From IMG/VR virus record IMGVR_UViG_3300025389_000011: 64,000 nucleotides of DNA. One strand, written 5' to 3'. The DNA is from a virus (Duplodnaviria > Caudoviricetes). Position numbers and translations under genes: made by a program. Each line of letters starts with the position of its first letter. The first letter of the stretch is position 1. Positions 29,846 to 40,422 of this stretch are shown here, piece after piece. The notes beneath the pieces are model-generated. The model was not told the origin of the DNA and did not search any database. It saw nothing but the letters and a program-made list of their open reading frames with translations.

Positions 29846-32800
29846 TTATGATGTACTTCCTGATTGTAACTCAGCCGGGGTCAGCGCGGCAATTACAACA
29901 ATATCATTAGCAGTTGCCGCATTTACAAATATTTCATAAGGTGCAGACTGAATTTCATACAAATCACCAAACGTTAAATTTGGATCGTTTGGTACTAACA
30001 CACACGAACTTACATAATCACCTATATTGCTATGAATATATGCGCTTAACTCACTAAAATAAAATGTGTCTCCAAAATTCCAATTATCAATACTAAAGTA
30101 ATTATTCATTTGCGTTAACACCGCACTTACAATTTCACTCGTACTTGCATTTGTAGTTGCATTTGGAATAACTTTAATTGTTGCTTGTAATAATGGATCA
30201 GCTTTAGGACCAAATAATGGTTTGAAAACAACATTATTTACGACCACGCTGTCACTTAACATTTTATAATCTTGTAATTGTGAATATTCAGTTGTCAATT
30301 CATTGATTGTAGGTGGAATTGGTTTTGGAATAGTATTTGTACTATTCTGAATATAATTTTGATATTGTGTATAATACGATTGAGTTACAACATATAAATC
30401 AATAATGTTTGTTGTAGCTGGATCAATACGTGTAGTGTTATTGCTATTATGGCGATATTGAAAACTTAATCCCTGACGACCTGTTTGAACACTATATTGT
30501 GATTGCTGTGCCAATGTATAATATGGAGTTGTAACTGTTGGGTCTTGTACAGTAATGTAAAACACATTATCTGTGTATGCATAAAATAGTTGTCCAACTG
30601 GATATTCATATTTTACAACTTCAATTTGTGATTGTGTTGCATATTGATAGCAAACTGTAGTACTGTCAATCAAATCATATCGTGTTAAATTAAGTGCATC
30701 TTGCACTTGTATAAAGAATGCATAAATTCCAATATTAGTACCATTTGGAATATATCCAGTTGCTTGATTAAAGAAGTCTGGATTATCTACGATACTGGAA
30801 TTATTAACATCTATACTTGCTATTTCTACTTCAAAGTCATCAACATAACCGTCACTTTCAACTGTTTGTCCAATAATACTTGCAGTAATAGGAGTGCTTA
30901 ATGGATAATTGCTGTTAGGTTGTGAATTAGTCTCTAATATTTTTATATAATCTTGTAAGATTTTTCCTGTAAATGGATCATATACTAATGACCCGGTTTC
31001 AAATGTAAATCTAGTTTGGTCTACACTACCAAAGTAATAAGCCAATGAACGATATGTTATTTGGTAACGATTATATCCTGTGCTTTCAAAAAGAACAAAC
31101 CAATTTGGATTAGTGTATAATTCTACACTCCAACGATCCTGTGCTATTGTTAATGAGTTATCAAATACCAATGAGAAATTTTGTTGTAATTCAAGTCTAG
31201 TAATACATTCTTGAATAACTGCATTGCTTAATGAATTGGTAAATGCAGGAATTACAACAGACAGTATTGCGCCTGTTGGTACAAATCCATTTAATGTTAC
31301 CGGGCCCGAACCATTAGTAAAGCTACCTTGACCATTATTATAACCATCACCGATGACATTTAACACAGTAGTCCAAATATATGTTTGATTACTTGGTGTG
31401 GGGATACCGCTTACTAAACGATTATTACTGTCAAAATAATAACCAGCGGGTGCAACAAATTTTAAGATAGCTCCGGCAGTAATATATTTTGCATTTGTTG
31501 TAGAATATGTACCAATTGGAATTGGAGTGTTTACATTATTTGTAAAATTATAAAAATATCCACTTAAACTGTTGGCATCAACTGTGCTGATTTGCCAATA
31601 ATCAAATGCTGTTCCTGTGTCTGCTACATATGTAGAATTACTACTTATTGATGGACCAGTTGCGTATCTAGGATAGTATTGTATATAGTATTGCATTGCT
31701 CGGTTACCAGCTAATACAGCTGCCAATGTACCGCTTAAGAATGTAATAATATCGCCAGTGTTATTAATTGTTAATAACGAAAATCCTGAGGTTGCATTTA
31801 ACCAAATACCACCATCGTCTGCAAAGCTATTGCTACTACTATATTTTCCTGTAGGGTCTAGTAAGTCTAAGTTTTTACTTACACCTACGCTACTACGGTT
31901 GATTGCTTTACTTTTAATAATTGAACTATACAATGTATACGGGAAGTTGTTATAGTCTTCTCCATTAACCATACGATTTTGTGTATAGTATCTGCTAGGA
32001 GCGTTTAGTTTAATACTTGCTAAACTTTCACGTACCAATGCATTTGATACTGGCAATTGTAATGCAAAACCAACTGTTAATGTTTCTACACGACCAAGTC
32101 TGCTTACATAACTAAAACTTACACTAAGTCCTTGCATTTCGCTAGGTTGTATTGTATATGTTAATGCATTACCTGCACGTACATATGCACGGAAAGTTCC
32201 AACTGGAATCTCACTAAACACACCATCACCAAATATATAACTTACTTGGTCATTAAATCTTGAGTTTACAGAGAAAATAGTTCTTTGGCTAGATTCTGTT
32301 TGTAAGTATGCATCAGCATAAATGTTATCAACTTGTTGCCAATAACCATATGTGCCATTGTTTGCATTGATTTGATATAACCAAGTGTCAGTATTGTTAA
32401 TACCTTGAATATTAATGTCCACTACTTGATTACTGATTTGTTGTTGTAATGTAAAATCGTAGCTTTCTAATGCACCTTGCTTAAAGTAAAAGAAGAAGCC
32501 TGTGTTTGGACTGCCATATCCTAATTTGTCATTACGATATAGTATGTTGAATTTATTTGTTGGTTGAGGTGGAATTTCATAAATGTAATCTTCACCCACG
32601 CTAGTTACACTACATAATTCAAATCTCATACTTTGACCATTAACAGTACTCGTGAATGGAACTACCGGCAAGCTACCTGCTGGTATTTGCATGTTGTATT
32701 CACTTGTTGTCACCCCAAGAATTTCTTGACTATTTGCTGGTCTACCAATTTGCTGTGCGTTTACCAATGAAGCATTGATAATTGTGTTAAACTGTTGTAA

Positions 32801-33256
32801 CCAATTTGGGTTAGCCGGGTCGTTCCATAATACAGGAACGTTACTTAAATTATAACCATTTAAGTCTGTGATATTTTGTGTGGTTTGAATACTTGTTACT
32901 TTGATGTAACCTTGACCTGCTAGGTTACGTTTTGGAGTATAACTAACAAGATTGGCTAATTTGATAACAGAGTCTCTACGTTCTGCTGTGTCAATAAAGT
33001 TTTCACGTGTGTTCAGGTCATCACGGAAAGCAATACCTTGTCCCATGAATGACATTACGTCTAGTAACGCAATAAATTCACTACTTTCAATGTAATCGTT
33101 GTAAGTTTCAGGGTAATATAGACGTAGATAGTCTATCATTGTCTTACGAAGTGTTTCGTAATCATAACTTCTAAAGTCTGCCTGTTGGAAGGTTTGGTAG
33201 ATAGCCTGCCAATCATTTACACCAAATAACGCGGATTGTCTTGAACTTGTAGCCAT
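29846..33256 (-). CDS. gp6: Baseplate wedge protein, T4 gp6-like
   Basis: N-terminal DFRSYDYETLRKTMIDYL...YNDYIESSEFIALLD...ENFIDTAERRDSV..LA..VSY.PK, and later QNRMVNGEDY. Confidence 0.85.
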   Translation of the reverse strand: MATSSRQSALFGVNDWQAIYQTFQQADFRSYDYETLRKTMIDYLRLYYPETYNDYIESSEFIALLDVMSFMGQGIAFRDDLNTRENFIDTAERRDSVIKLANLVSYTPKRNLAGQGYIKVTSIQTTQNITDLNGYNLSNVPVLWNDPANPNWLQQFNTIINASLVNAQQIGRPANSQEILGVTTSEYNMQIPAGSLPVVPFTSTVNGQSMRFELCSVTSVGEDYIYEIPPQPTNKFNILYRNDKLGYGSPNTGFFFYFKQGALESYDFTLQQQISNQVVDINIQGINNTDTWLYQINANNGTYGYWQQVDNIYADAYLQTESSQRTIFSVNSRFNDQVSYIFGDGVFSEIPVGTFRAYVRAGNALTYTIQPSEMQGLSVSFSYVSRLGRVETLTVGFALQLPVSNALVRESLASIKLNAPSRYYTQNRMVNGEDYNNFPYTLYSSIIKSKAINRSSVGVSKNLDLLDPTGKYSSSNSFADDGGIWLNATSGFSLLTINNTGDIITFLSGTLAAVLAGNRAMQYYIQYYPRYATGPSISSNSTYVADTGTAFDYWQISTVDANSLSGYFYNFTNNVNTPIPIGTYSTTNAKYITAGAILKFVAPAGYYFDSNNRLVSGIPTPSNQTYIWTTVLNVIGDGYNNGQGSFTNGSGPVTLNGFVPTGAILSVVIPAFTNSLSNAVIQECITRLELQQNFSLVFDNSLTIAQDRWSVELYTNPNWFVLFESTGYNRYQITYRSLAYYFGSVDQTRFTFETGSLVYDPFTGKILQDYIKILETNSQPNSNYPLSTPITASIIGQTVESDGYVDDFEVEIASIDVNNSSIVDNPDFFNQATGYIPNGTNIGIYAFFIQVQDALNLTRYDLIDSTTVCYQYATQSQIEVVKYEYPVGQLFYAYTDNVFYITVQDPTVTTPYYTLAQQSQYSVQTGRQGLSFQYRHNSNNTTRIDPATTNIIDLYVVTQSYYTQYQNYIQNSTNTIPKPIPPTINELTTEYSQLQDYKMLSDSVVVNNVVFKPLFGPKADPLLQATIKVIPNATTNASTSEIVSAVLTQMNNYFSIDNWNFGDTFYFSELSAYIHSNIGDYVSSCVLVPNDPNLTFGDLYEIQSAPYEIFVNAATANDIVVIAALTPAELQSGSTS

Positions 33257-33273
33257 GTGTATTCTCTTTTAAG

Positions 33274-33280
33274 TATTTAT
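33274..33280 (-). promoter_or_regulatory. Late promoter ATAAATA
   Basis: Upstream of the gp6-like start. Confidence 0.65.
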
Positions 33281-33308
33281 CATACCTAAAAAACGCTATT
33301 TTTAACAA

Positions 33309-33761
33309 TTACTGTAATATTGCTCTATTAGTAGCGTTGTTAAAAAACACGTTCAATAACTGTGCTTGATTAAACGGACTTACTGCAAATTCTACTTCAA
33401 CTAGTATTCCGTTCTCTTGCGGGTATGCTTTTACTGTGTTTAGTATGATTCTAGGGTCTTTGCTGGCTACCCTACGTATTTCATTTTCCAACTGAAACTG
33501 TACATCTGCTGTATTTGGTTCAAATACAAAACTCCATAGAGTTGTACCATATTCAGGTTGACCTACTTTTTCACCTTGACGTATGTTTAGTGCGTTAAGA
33601 AAATCTCTGATGACTAATGGTGTATCCACCAATGTAAAACTTTTTCCGTATACTATAGGCTGTACAACTGAACCCAAACCACCGTCTACTCCTGCATTAT
33701 ACACAGTAGAAGGTTTGGGTATGTTTACGTTTTGTGTGTTAAATCCAATATAATTAGGCAT
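33309..33761 (-). CDS. gp25: Baseplate wedge protein, gp25-like
   Basis: LNIRQGEKVGQPEYGTTLWSFVFEP...DPRI is the gp25/GPW pattern. Confidence 0.85.
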   Translation of the reverse strand: MPNYIGFNTQNVNIPKPSTVYNAGVDGGLGSVVQPIVYGKSFTLVDTPLVIRDFLNALNIRQGEKVGQPEYGTTLWSFVFEPNTADVQFQLENEIRRVASKDPRIILNTVKAYPQENGILVEVEFAVSPFNQAQLLNVFFNNATNRAILQ

Positions 33762-33765
33762 GATG

Positions 33766-33772
33766 TATTTAT
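33766..33772 (-). promoter_or_regulatory. Late promoter ATAAATA
   Basis: 4 nt upstream of the gp25-like ATG. Confidence 0.55.
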
Positions 33773-33776
33773 TCTG

Positions 33777-36700
33777 TTATGCTATCTGGCTTAACAAGTC
33801 TAATGCTTGTTTTTTAAGTGCTGAACGCTGGTCAAATGCATCGCTGTATTCTTGATATGCGGCGTCAACTTGAGGGTCACCTTTTGGTAATGTGTCTCGT
33901 AGATTGTGCCAATTGGCTTGTGCAGTTGTTACGACTGGATTTAAATCATCTATTTTTGCTTTTAAAGCATCCACTTGTGATAAAATATCTTCATTTTTCT
34001 TATTTTGTGCTTCATATTGTGCTAGTAACTGGTCTGTTCCAGAGAAGTTTGGAGCTGGTATTTTTGAGCTACCAAACACAGACGTAAGTTGACTAGATAT
34101 TTGACTTCTGTTAGTTGTTCCTGTTGCTACAGTTGGTAATGTAATCGGTAGTGATCCAGGAGTACTTAACGAATTAATACCTGCTTGAAGTGCGGCTGAT
34201 GCGCCTGCCGGCATACCTAAAGATGCCAATGATGCAAGACTTTGACTTGCGTTGCCTAAACCACCCAATAATGATGATGCATTCAAGCTACTTGCATTAT
34301 TCAATACACCGCTCAAGCCGCCGGCTGCTAGTCCAGCGATTGAACTTGATGCACTTGAACCAAGTCCCAACCCATTTAATGCAGAACTAGAGACATTTTT
34401 AATTAAATTAGAAACTCCACCTAAGCTGGGAATACTTGTTAACGAACCTGTTGCTGAATTAACTACACTTGCAACTGCATCAAGTCCACCTGGCAACGCT
34501 CCTAATCCACTAGCAGGATTTATTGCTGTAGAGAAACCTGAAGCACCGGCCACCTTACTAGTTAATGCAGATAATGATCCTGTTGCAACACTAACCCCTC
34601 CTATAGATAAGTTATTAGGATTATTAACACCAGTTAATGTGTTTGTTAGATTATTAAATGTACTTGCACTTTGACCTGTTAGTGCCCCTGCTGTAGTGCC
34701 AAATGCGCTACCAACTGAATTAACCAATGACGATGCCCCACTAGCTATATTACCTGCATCACCTACATTTAGATTTGGTAATGCAGAGGTCGTTGCACCC
34801 AACACATCACTTGAAACGCCACTGGCTGCGCTTGTTTCACTTGCAGTTTGTTCAGCTTGATTTTGTGCTGTAATGGCAGTAAGGTCTTGAGGTACTCCTG
34901 GCGTGAATGGCTTGAATGATTTTGTAATTGCGGCAAATGCTGAACCTGCAATACCTTTAGCGGCATCCAATGCACCACTAATACCGTTGATAGCTGATGA
35001 TCCAATGCCACCTAATGCTGTAGCAATTGATCCCAAACCACTGGTTAAATTTGTACCAATGCCGGCGGCGAAATTACCTCCTGCGATTGCACTACTAACT
35101 GCACCTTGAACACCACCTGCTACTCCGGCTGCAGAACCAGACACAGAACCTCCTATATTTGACAATGTACTACCAAGAGAGCCTGTTGAGTTTTTTACAA
35201 AATCTTGTACAGGACCAATACCAACTTGTGAAGTGGCGTTTACTAAACCTGCAACAGCCCCGGCGGCTTCAGTACCAGTAATTACCCCTGACTGAGTAAG
35301 TGCAGTTTGTGCTTTATTAAAGTTGGTAATTTGTGCACCAACTTGTGCATTTACGTTATTTGATATTTGTGACAAGTTTTGTGCGCCCGGAGCACCTGTA
35401 AACAAATTATCTGTCATTGCGGCTTGTACGTTTACGCCACCCTGAACTAATCCATTGACCAATGCACTTGAACCTGGCTTCATGATTCCTGCTGTTTCTA
35501 ATTGTGCTGGTGTTTGCGCTAATGAACCCACTGCGGCAGTTAATTGCCCTGATGCATCTTTTATAACACCTGTACCAGTTGCCACTACACTACTTGCGGC
35601 TCCTGCCGCTTGACTGGCTACACCACCAACTAATGTTGCTGTTACTGAACCATCAATTGCATCACTAACTGATCCTAATGCAGGCACTGTACTTGCAGTT
35701 GCCGCAGACACTACATTTTCAGGTGTGTTGGTTGCTGACGCATTAGTTGCGGCAACTGCGGCACTTGGAGCAGATGGTAGAGCATCACTGGAATTGTTAC
35801 TAACTTGTACATTAACACCTTGATTTGCACTTGCCCATGGTGCGTGTGCAGGTGCTCTACTTACAATAGATAATAATTTACCCGGTGCACTTGCCCAGCC
35901 TTTAGTTGCATCAAATAACGTGTCAGTATGTGCTATTGCTGTAATTAATGATGCAGTTTCTGGTGTAACTGATGTTTGACCGCTATTTAAATTAACCTTG
36001 TCTCCATTAATGTACATAGTACCACTACTAGCATATGAACCTTCACCACCAGATGCCATGCTCATTGCACCGTCAATTCTGTATGTATATGTACCAATTG
36101 TGTAACCTTTGAAGTTTCCACCTGTTCTAAAAGTAACATCTTTTTCTGTGTTTACATTTAAATTTTTAGATGCTATATTAATATCTTTTGCGGCGTTGAT
36201 ATTAATGTTATTATCTGCATGTAAATTTAAATCACCCTGTGTTCTAACGTTAAATGAATTAGTAGAGTACATGTCAATTGTACCTTCTTTACCTAATTCA
36301 ATATAACTTTGTCCATTGCTATGAATAATGAATAGTGTTTGACCATCATCACTCATTAATATTTGATGTCCAGTAGCAGTTCGTAATCTTATCAATTGGT
36401 CTTTACCACTAACGTCACCATCGTCCATTACTAGTGTATGCCCACCTCTACGTGCAATAATTTTTAATTGTGATGCATCAGTTGATGTTTGATTAGCCGC
36501 ACTTTTAATTGTACTATCATCATAGCCACCTTGATATATAGGTCTACCAGGTGTGCTTACACCCCAACCAACACGACTTGGACTTTCACGCAACGCACTA
36601 CTTGTTATAGGACCTCTGATTGGATCTCTAATTAAACCCTGTTGACTGTATATACCTGCTTGATAACTGTGTACTGGTTTTGCCGCATTTAAAAATTGGT

Positions 36701-37223
36701 CGTTATCATTGATAGAACTATTATTGCTATTGATATTAACTACAGGTAAAACGGTTGCACCACCATAACTTTGTGCTTCACCACTGTTTGTAATAACATT
36801 TGCAAAAGAGCCAATTGCTGGCACCATTTGTAATTGTTCTGGTTTAGGTACACACCCTATCCAATAGCCATAGTTTACATCACCGTTGATGAAAATACAA
36901 ATAACAGAGCTACCAATATCAGGAGGGCTATACCACATACCATAACTATTTGGGTTAGTTAAGTAACTGCCATTATCTGATGTTCCGCCTTGTGCTGGAG
37001 TTACACCAAAAAACGGTGTCATGTATGAAACTGTAGTCCATGAGTGACTATCATCGGGATTACTACCACCAAAATCTGCAATGTATACTTGTAGTCGTCC
37101 ACCTCTAACTTTGTCAATAACGTTTTTGACAACTCCTATAACAGGAACGTTACGTGCAACGCCTCCTCCGCTGGTAGGCTGACTTGCTTTTGGTTGTCCT
37201 TTTGTTTTTACTATATCTTCCAT
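33777..37223 (-). CDS. gp5: Baseplate central spike, gp5/VgrG-like, with long Ala/Gly/Ser-rich C-terminal extension
   Basis: OB-fold N-terminus (GRLQVYI...YGMWYSPPDIGSSVICIF.NGD...YWIG), then RGGHTLVMDDG...IRLRTATGHQILMSD and beta-helix repeats. No lysozyme motif seen. Confidence 0.75.
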   Translation of the reverse strand: MEDIVKTKGQPKASQPTSGGGVARNVPVIGVVKNVIDKVRGGRLQVYIADFGGSNPDDSHSWTTVSYMTPFFGVTPAQGGTSDNGSYLTNPNSYGMWYSPPDIGSSVICIFINGDVNYGYWIGCVPKPEQLQMVPAIGSFANVITNSGEAQSYGGATVLPVVNINSNNSSINDNDQFLNAAKPVHSYQAGIYSQQGLIRDPIRGPITSSALRESPSRVGWGVSTPGRPIYQGGYDDSTIKSAANQTSTDASQLKIIARRGGHTLVMDDGDVSGKDQLIRLRTATGHQILMSDDGQTLFIIHSNGQSYIELGKEGTIDMYSTNSFNVRTQGDLNLHADNNININAAKDINIASKNLNVNTEKDVTFRTGGNFKGYTIGTYTYRIDGAMSMASGGEGSYASSGTMYINGDKVNLNSGQTSVTPETASLITAIAHTDTLFDATKGWASAPGKLLSIVSRAPAHAPWASANQGVNVQVSNNSSDALPSAPSAAVAATNASATNTPENVVSAATASTVPALGSVSDAIDGSVTATLVGGVASQAAGAASSVVATGTGVIKDASGQLTAAVGSLAQTPAQLETAGIMKPGSSALVNGLVQGGVNVQAAMTDNLFTGAPGAQNLSQISNNVNAQVGAQITNFNKAQTALTQSGVITGTEAAGAVAGLVNATSQVGIGPVQDFVKNSTGSLGSTLSNIGGSVSGSAAGVAGGVQGAVSSAIAGGNFAAGIGTNLTSGLGSIATALGGIGSSAINGISGALDAAKGIAGSAFAAITKSFKPFTPGVPQDLTAITAQNQAEQTASETSAASGVSSDVLGATTSALPNLNVGDAGNIASGASSLVNSVGSAFGTTAGALTGQSASTFNNLTNTLTGVNNPNNLSIGGVSVATGSLSALTSKVAGASGFSTAINPASGLGALPGGLDAVASVVNSATGSLTSIPSLGGVSNLIKNVSSSALNGLGLGSSASSSIAGLAAGGLSGVLNNASSLNASSLLGGLGNASQSLASLASLGMPAGASAALQAGINSLSTPGSLPITLPTVATGTTNRSQISSQLTSVFGSSKIPAPNFSGTDQLLAQYEAQNKKNEDILSQVDALKAKIDDLNPVVTTAQANWHNLRDTLPKGDPQVDAAYQEYSDAFDQRSALKKQALDLLSQIA

Positions 37224-37229
37224 GATTAA

Positions 37230-40106
37230 TTAAGGTCCTTGTGACAGGTCTTCTCTTCCTCCCTGATTAGCAGTATCAACACTATTTGTAACTACTGGTG
37301 CCGGTGCGTCTATTGCTACTACAGGATTATTTGGATCTCCAGTAGGTGTTGTGTTTTGCCCAGTAGGTGATTCAATCGATGCTGGACTAGATAGATTTGT
37401 ATCAAGTGACTGAGGTAATATAGGCGCATTTTGTGTAATTGGTGTTGGAAATCCAGTTGTACTAGATGTATTATTTCCAGTAGATGATTGCGAACTTCCG
37501 CTTCCAGTTCTATTATCACCTGCATTTGCCGCAGAAGTTTCTCTACCATTGGCATTACTGTTAGCTGTACTACCTGATGCAGTACCACTGGCATCATCAC
37601 CAAATGTATTAATATTTAAATCTAATTCTTGTGTAAATTTACCTTGATTAAATGTGCTAACTACAGTTTTTACCATGTAGCTTACACCGCCACCTCTACT
37701 GTTTATATCTGCTTGAATTGCAGGAGGGTATTGATAAAATGCAATATTTGTGTTGAGTTCAAATAATCCAGTGTTATTATTATAGTCTACTGGTTCTCTG
37801 AAATTTATTTCAATAAACACTTGTCCACCATTAGGGCTAACTGTATACCCATCTGTTCCATAATATTTGTTATACACACTTGCCACACTACTAGGATTAG
37901 GTTCCATCAAAAAATCAGGATCTCCTAATATTGTTATTTTAGCTTCACTCCAAGAACCAGGATCATATAAACTTGTCATGTATGAGTTTTGTGCCTCCAT
38001 ACCTTGATTCAACAATCCAGTCTTTGCTTGATTTTGTGGAATACCGTTAATAATAGGTATATTTGCACTACCACCTGATGCAGTTTGACTAGATGCTGGG
38101 TCTAGTGTAACATTAAAAAATGAATTGTTTAGCGTTTGTTCATATTTTATAATTTCAGTATTTTTTCCTGTAAACCAATATTCATATCGTTTATGAGGGC
38201 CATAATAGTTTGCAGTCTTATTAACATATGCGCTAGTCACAATTGGTGTTTCATATGGTTGTATAATATATTTTATTTTATAACCAAAGTCTTGTTGTAA
38301 TTGATCCCATGCTTTAGGTGTAACTTCTACACCAATGTTATACCATTTAATTGTCTTTGGTGATGGATCTGCTATTTCATTTTCTGAATCAGTATCTGGA
38401 TTTGGTTCTTCTTCAGTTGTTATAACTGATTTTAAAGCATCTGTTAAGTACGTACTTTGTTTAATAATTTGTTCTATTGCTTGTACCACTGGTGTGCCAT
38501 TATCAAACTTTATCTTATTAATATTTTTATTAGGAGTGGCTTGTTGTGCTGTTTGCTCGTTAACCTGACTAGATTTTGAAACATCACTCATGGTTTGTTT
38601 TGATTTATCTGTATCTGCTGGTGAAATGATTTTAGCATCTGCTATTTCAGTAGATGAGGTTCCTAAATAAACAAGACTATACTCATTTGGAATTTGTATT
38701 TTGCTATCGTTTAATAATTGCTGTTGTTCTTGGTTTAATTTAGTTAGCAATCCTTGAACTCCGTCACCTGTGCCCTGAATAACATCGTCTACTGTTTCTC
38801 CGTAAACTTCAGCACCTGTCCACACGATTCCACGTTTCAATCCCATGCCAGACATAGTTGCACTATTAACTGCCTTACATGCATACACAACACTTTTACC
38901 TGCTAAACTAAAATGAAGCTCTGTTATATTAATATCATAATATCTTGCATAGACACCGTATGCGTTGCCCGCCGGGTCACTATTAGGTCCTGTTATATCT
39001 TTGGAACTAATTAAACTCCCATCTTCATTATAGCCTAAAAATTGTATACCTAATATAAAAAATTGTCGTGAGGGATCTTGTAACTGAGTGGCACCAGGAG
39101 TACCACTACCTGAATTGCTACTACCTTGTGTACCGGCATTGCCCCCTGTGTTTCCACCTACCTGTAACAATTGCGTAAATGCATCACGTAATCTAGATAA
39201 GAATGAAAATCCATATGGTTCAATAATATTGAATGACATGTCTGTGACATTGGTAGCACTACCGGTATCTTTACCGTTAATGGCTTGAGTTATTTTTAAG
39301 TTATCAATATAAAAATCTTGGTCAAAATATGGAGCACGTTTTTGTGTACTGTTATTAATACCCCCACTTTGTGCTATTAAAAATGCGCCATTGCCTGCAC
39401 CTGTTGCGGCCGTATTACCAGTGGTATTAACTTGTAGTGCATTGATATTTTTTCTTCCAGAATCAACAAATGCCTGGTATGCATCAGGAGTAATCATATA
39501 CAATGATATTTGATATGTGTAACTGCTAAAATTACCTAAAGGATTTTGTAGTCTTTTACCAGGTAATGCATTACTATTTGTAACAGCGGCTGATGTCCCT
39601 GATGCACCTGCTGATGTCGTACCTGCATTAGTGTAGTTTTGGGGAATAGCAGGTGGATTATTAGGAGCACCCGAGTTGTCAGCAGTGGTATTTGCACCAG
39701 TCTGCACATTATTCACAGTCCCAGTTTCGTCATTTGCACTGCCACTTGCTACATAGGCATTATTTTGTTGGTCTGTTTGTGCTAAAGTATTTGCCGGCGG
39801 TGTTACTGAGGCGGACGGTTCTGTTGGTTTATTTGCATCGATTACTTGTTGTTGTATTGACGCTTCTTGACTACTTAAATCACTATTAAGTTGAAATAAT
39901 TGGTCAGCTAAATCCGTGTTGCCGGCTGCTCTTGCTTTATTGGACAAACTATTTAATCCAGAACTTAATCCAAAAGCATCACCTGCACTAATTAATTGAC
40001 TGCCATCTGGATTATTGACAGTATAGCTAATCGCTCCATAACTATAGTTGTATTGAGCAATGACAGTATATCCGTCAATTGTAAGTGTTACTGTTCCATC
40101 AGACAT
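37230..40106 (-). CDS. Baseplate hub protein (gp27-like)
   Basis: Position between the gp53-like and gp5-like genes, plus NPLGNFSSYTY and AKITILGDPDF motifs typical of hub proteins. Confidence 0.55.
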   Translation of the reverse strand: MSDGTVTLTIDGYTVIAQYNYSYGAISYTVNNPDGSQLISAGDAFGLSSGLNSLSNKARAAGNTDLADQLFQLNSDLSSQEASIQQQVIDANKPTEPSASVTPPANTLAQTDQQNNAYVASGSANDETGTVNNVQTGANTTADNSGAPNNPPAIPQNYTNAGTTSAGASGTSAAVTNSNALPGKRLQNPLGNFSSYTYQISLYMITPDAYQAFVDSGRKNINALQVNTTGNTAATGAGNGAFLIAQSGGINNSTQKRAPYFDQDFYIDNLKITQAINGKDTGSATNVTDMSFNIIEPYGFSFLSRLRDAFTQLLQVGGNTGGNAGTQGSSNSGSGTPGATQLQDPSRQFFILGIQFLGYNEDGSLISSKDITGPNSDPAGNAYGVYARYYDINITELHFSLAGKSVVYACKAVNSATMSGMGLKRGIVWTGAEVYGETVDDVIQGTGDGVQGLLTKLNQEQQQLLNDSKIQIPNEYSLVYLGTSSTEIADAKIISPADTDKSKQTMSDVSKSSQVNEQTAQQATPNKNINKIKFDNGTPVVQAIEQIIKQSTYLTDALKSVITTEEEPNPDTDSENEIADPSPKTIKWYNIGVEVTPKAWDQLQQDFGYKIKYIIQPYETPIVTSAYVNKTANYYGPHKRYEYWFTGKNTEIIKYEQTLNNSFFNVTLDPASSQTASGGSANIPIINGIPQNQAKTGLLNQGMEAQNSYMTSLYDPGSWSEAKITILGDPDFLMEPNPSSVASVYNKYYGTDGYTVSPNGGQVFIEINFREPVDYNNNTGLFELNTNIAFYQYPPAIQADINSRGGGVSYMVKTVVSTFNQGKFTQELDLNINTFGDDASGTASGSTANSNANGRETSAANAGDNRTGSGSSQSSTGNNTSSTTGFPTPITQNAPILPQSLDTNLSSPASIESPTGQNTTPTGDPNNPVVAIDAPAPVVTNSVDTANQGGREDLSQGP

Positions 40107-40107
40107 C

Positions 40108-40422
40108 TTATATCCCTAATACTTGTTTTAATAAAGCTAGTTTAGGTAAATATATTCCAGTACCCGCTACAAAATCACCATACGGATCTGCTAATGTGTT
40201 TGGATTGCGCTGTGCAAATACCCACCATAATCTGCTATCAGCATATAAATCGTAGGCTAATGTGTCAGGGCGATATTCATAAACGGGGGTGATTTGCCAA
40301 TAGATATCCGAAGGTTGCATCGGTATAACTCTGTTTACCATAACATCTAAAAAATTGCTGTTTACTATTCCTGTTAGATAATAAGGACTAGTTGCTGGAT
40401 ATACTCCATTAATTGTTGCCAT
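40108..40422 (-). CDS. gp53: Baseplate wedge protein, gp53/LysM-like
   Basis: YEYRPDTLAYDLYADSRLWWVFAQRN. Likely start is ATG 40422 (TAATG overlap with the upstream stop). Confidence 0.7.
   Translation of the reverse strand: MATINGVYPATSPYYLTGIVNSNFLDVMVNRVIPMQPSDIYWQITPVYEYRPDTLAYDLYADSRLWWVFAQRNPNTLADPYGDFVAGTGIYLPKLALLKQVLGI

Noticed and set aside
34252-34674. 140-aa antisense ORF and similar 60-140-aa shadow ORFs across the large structural genes
   Set aside because: They fully overlap well-supported genes on the opposite strand or in another frame, and show no recognisable motifs.
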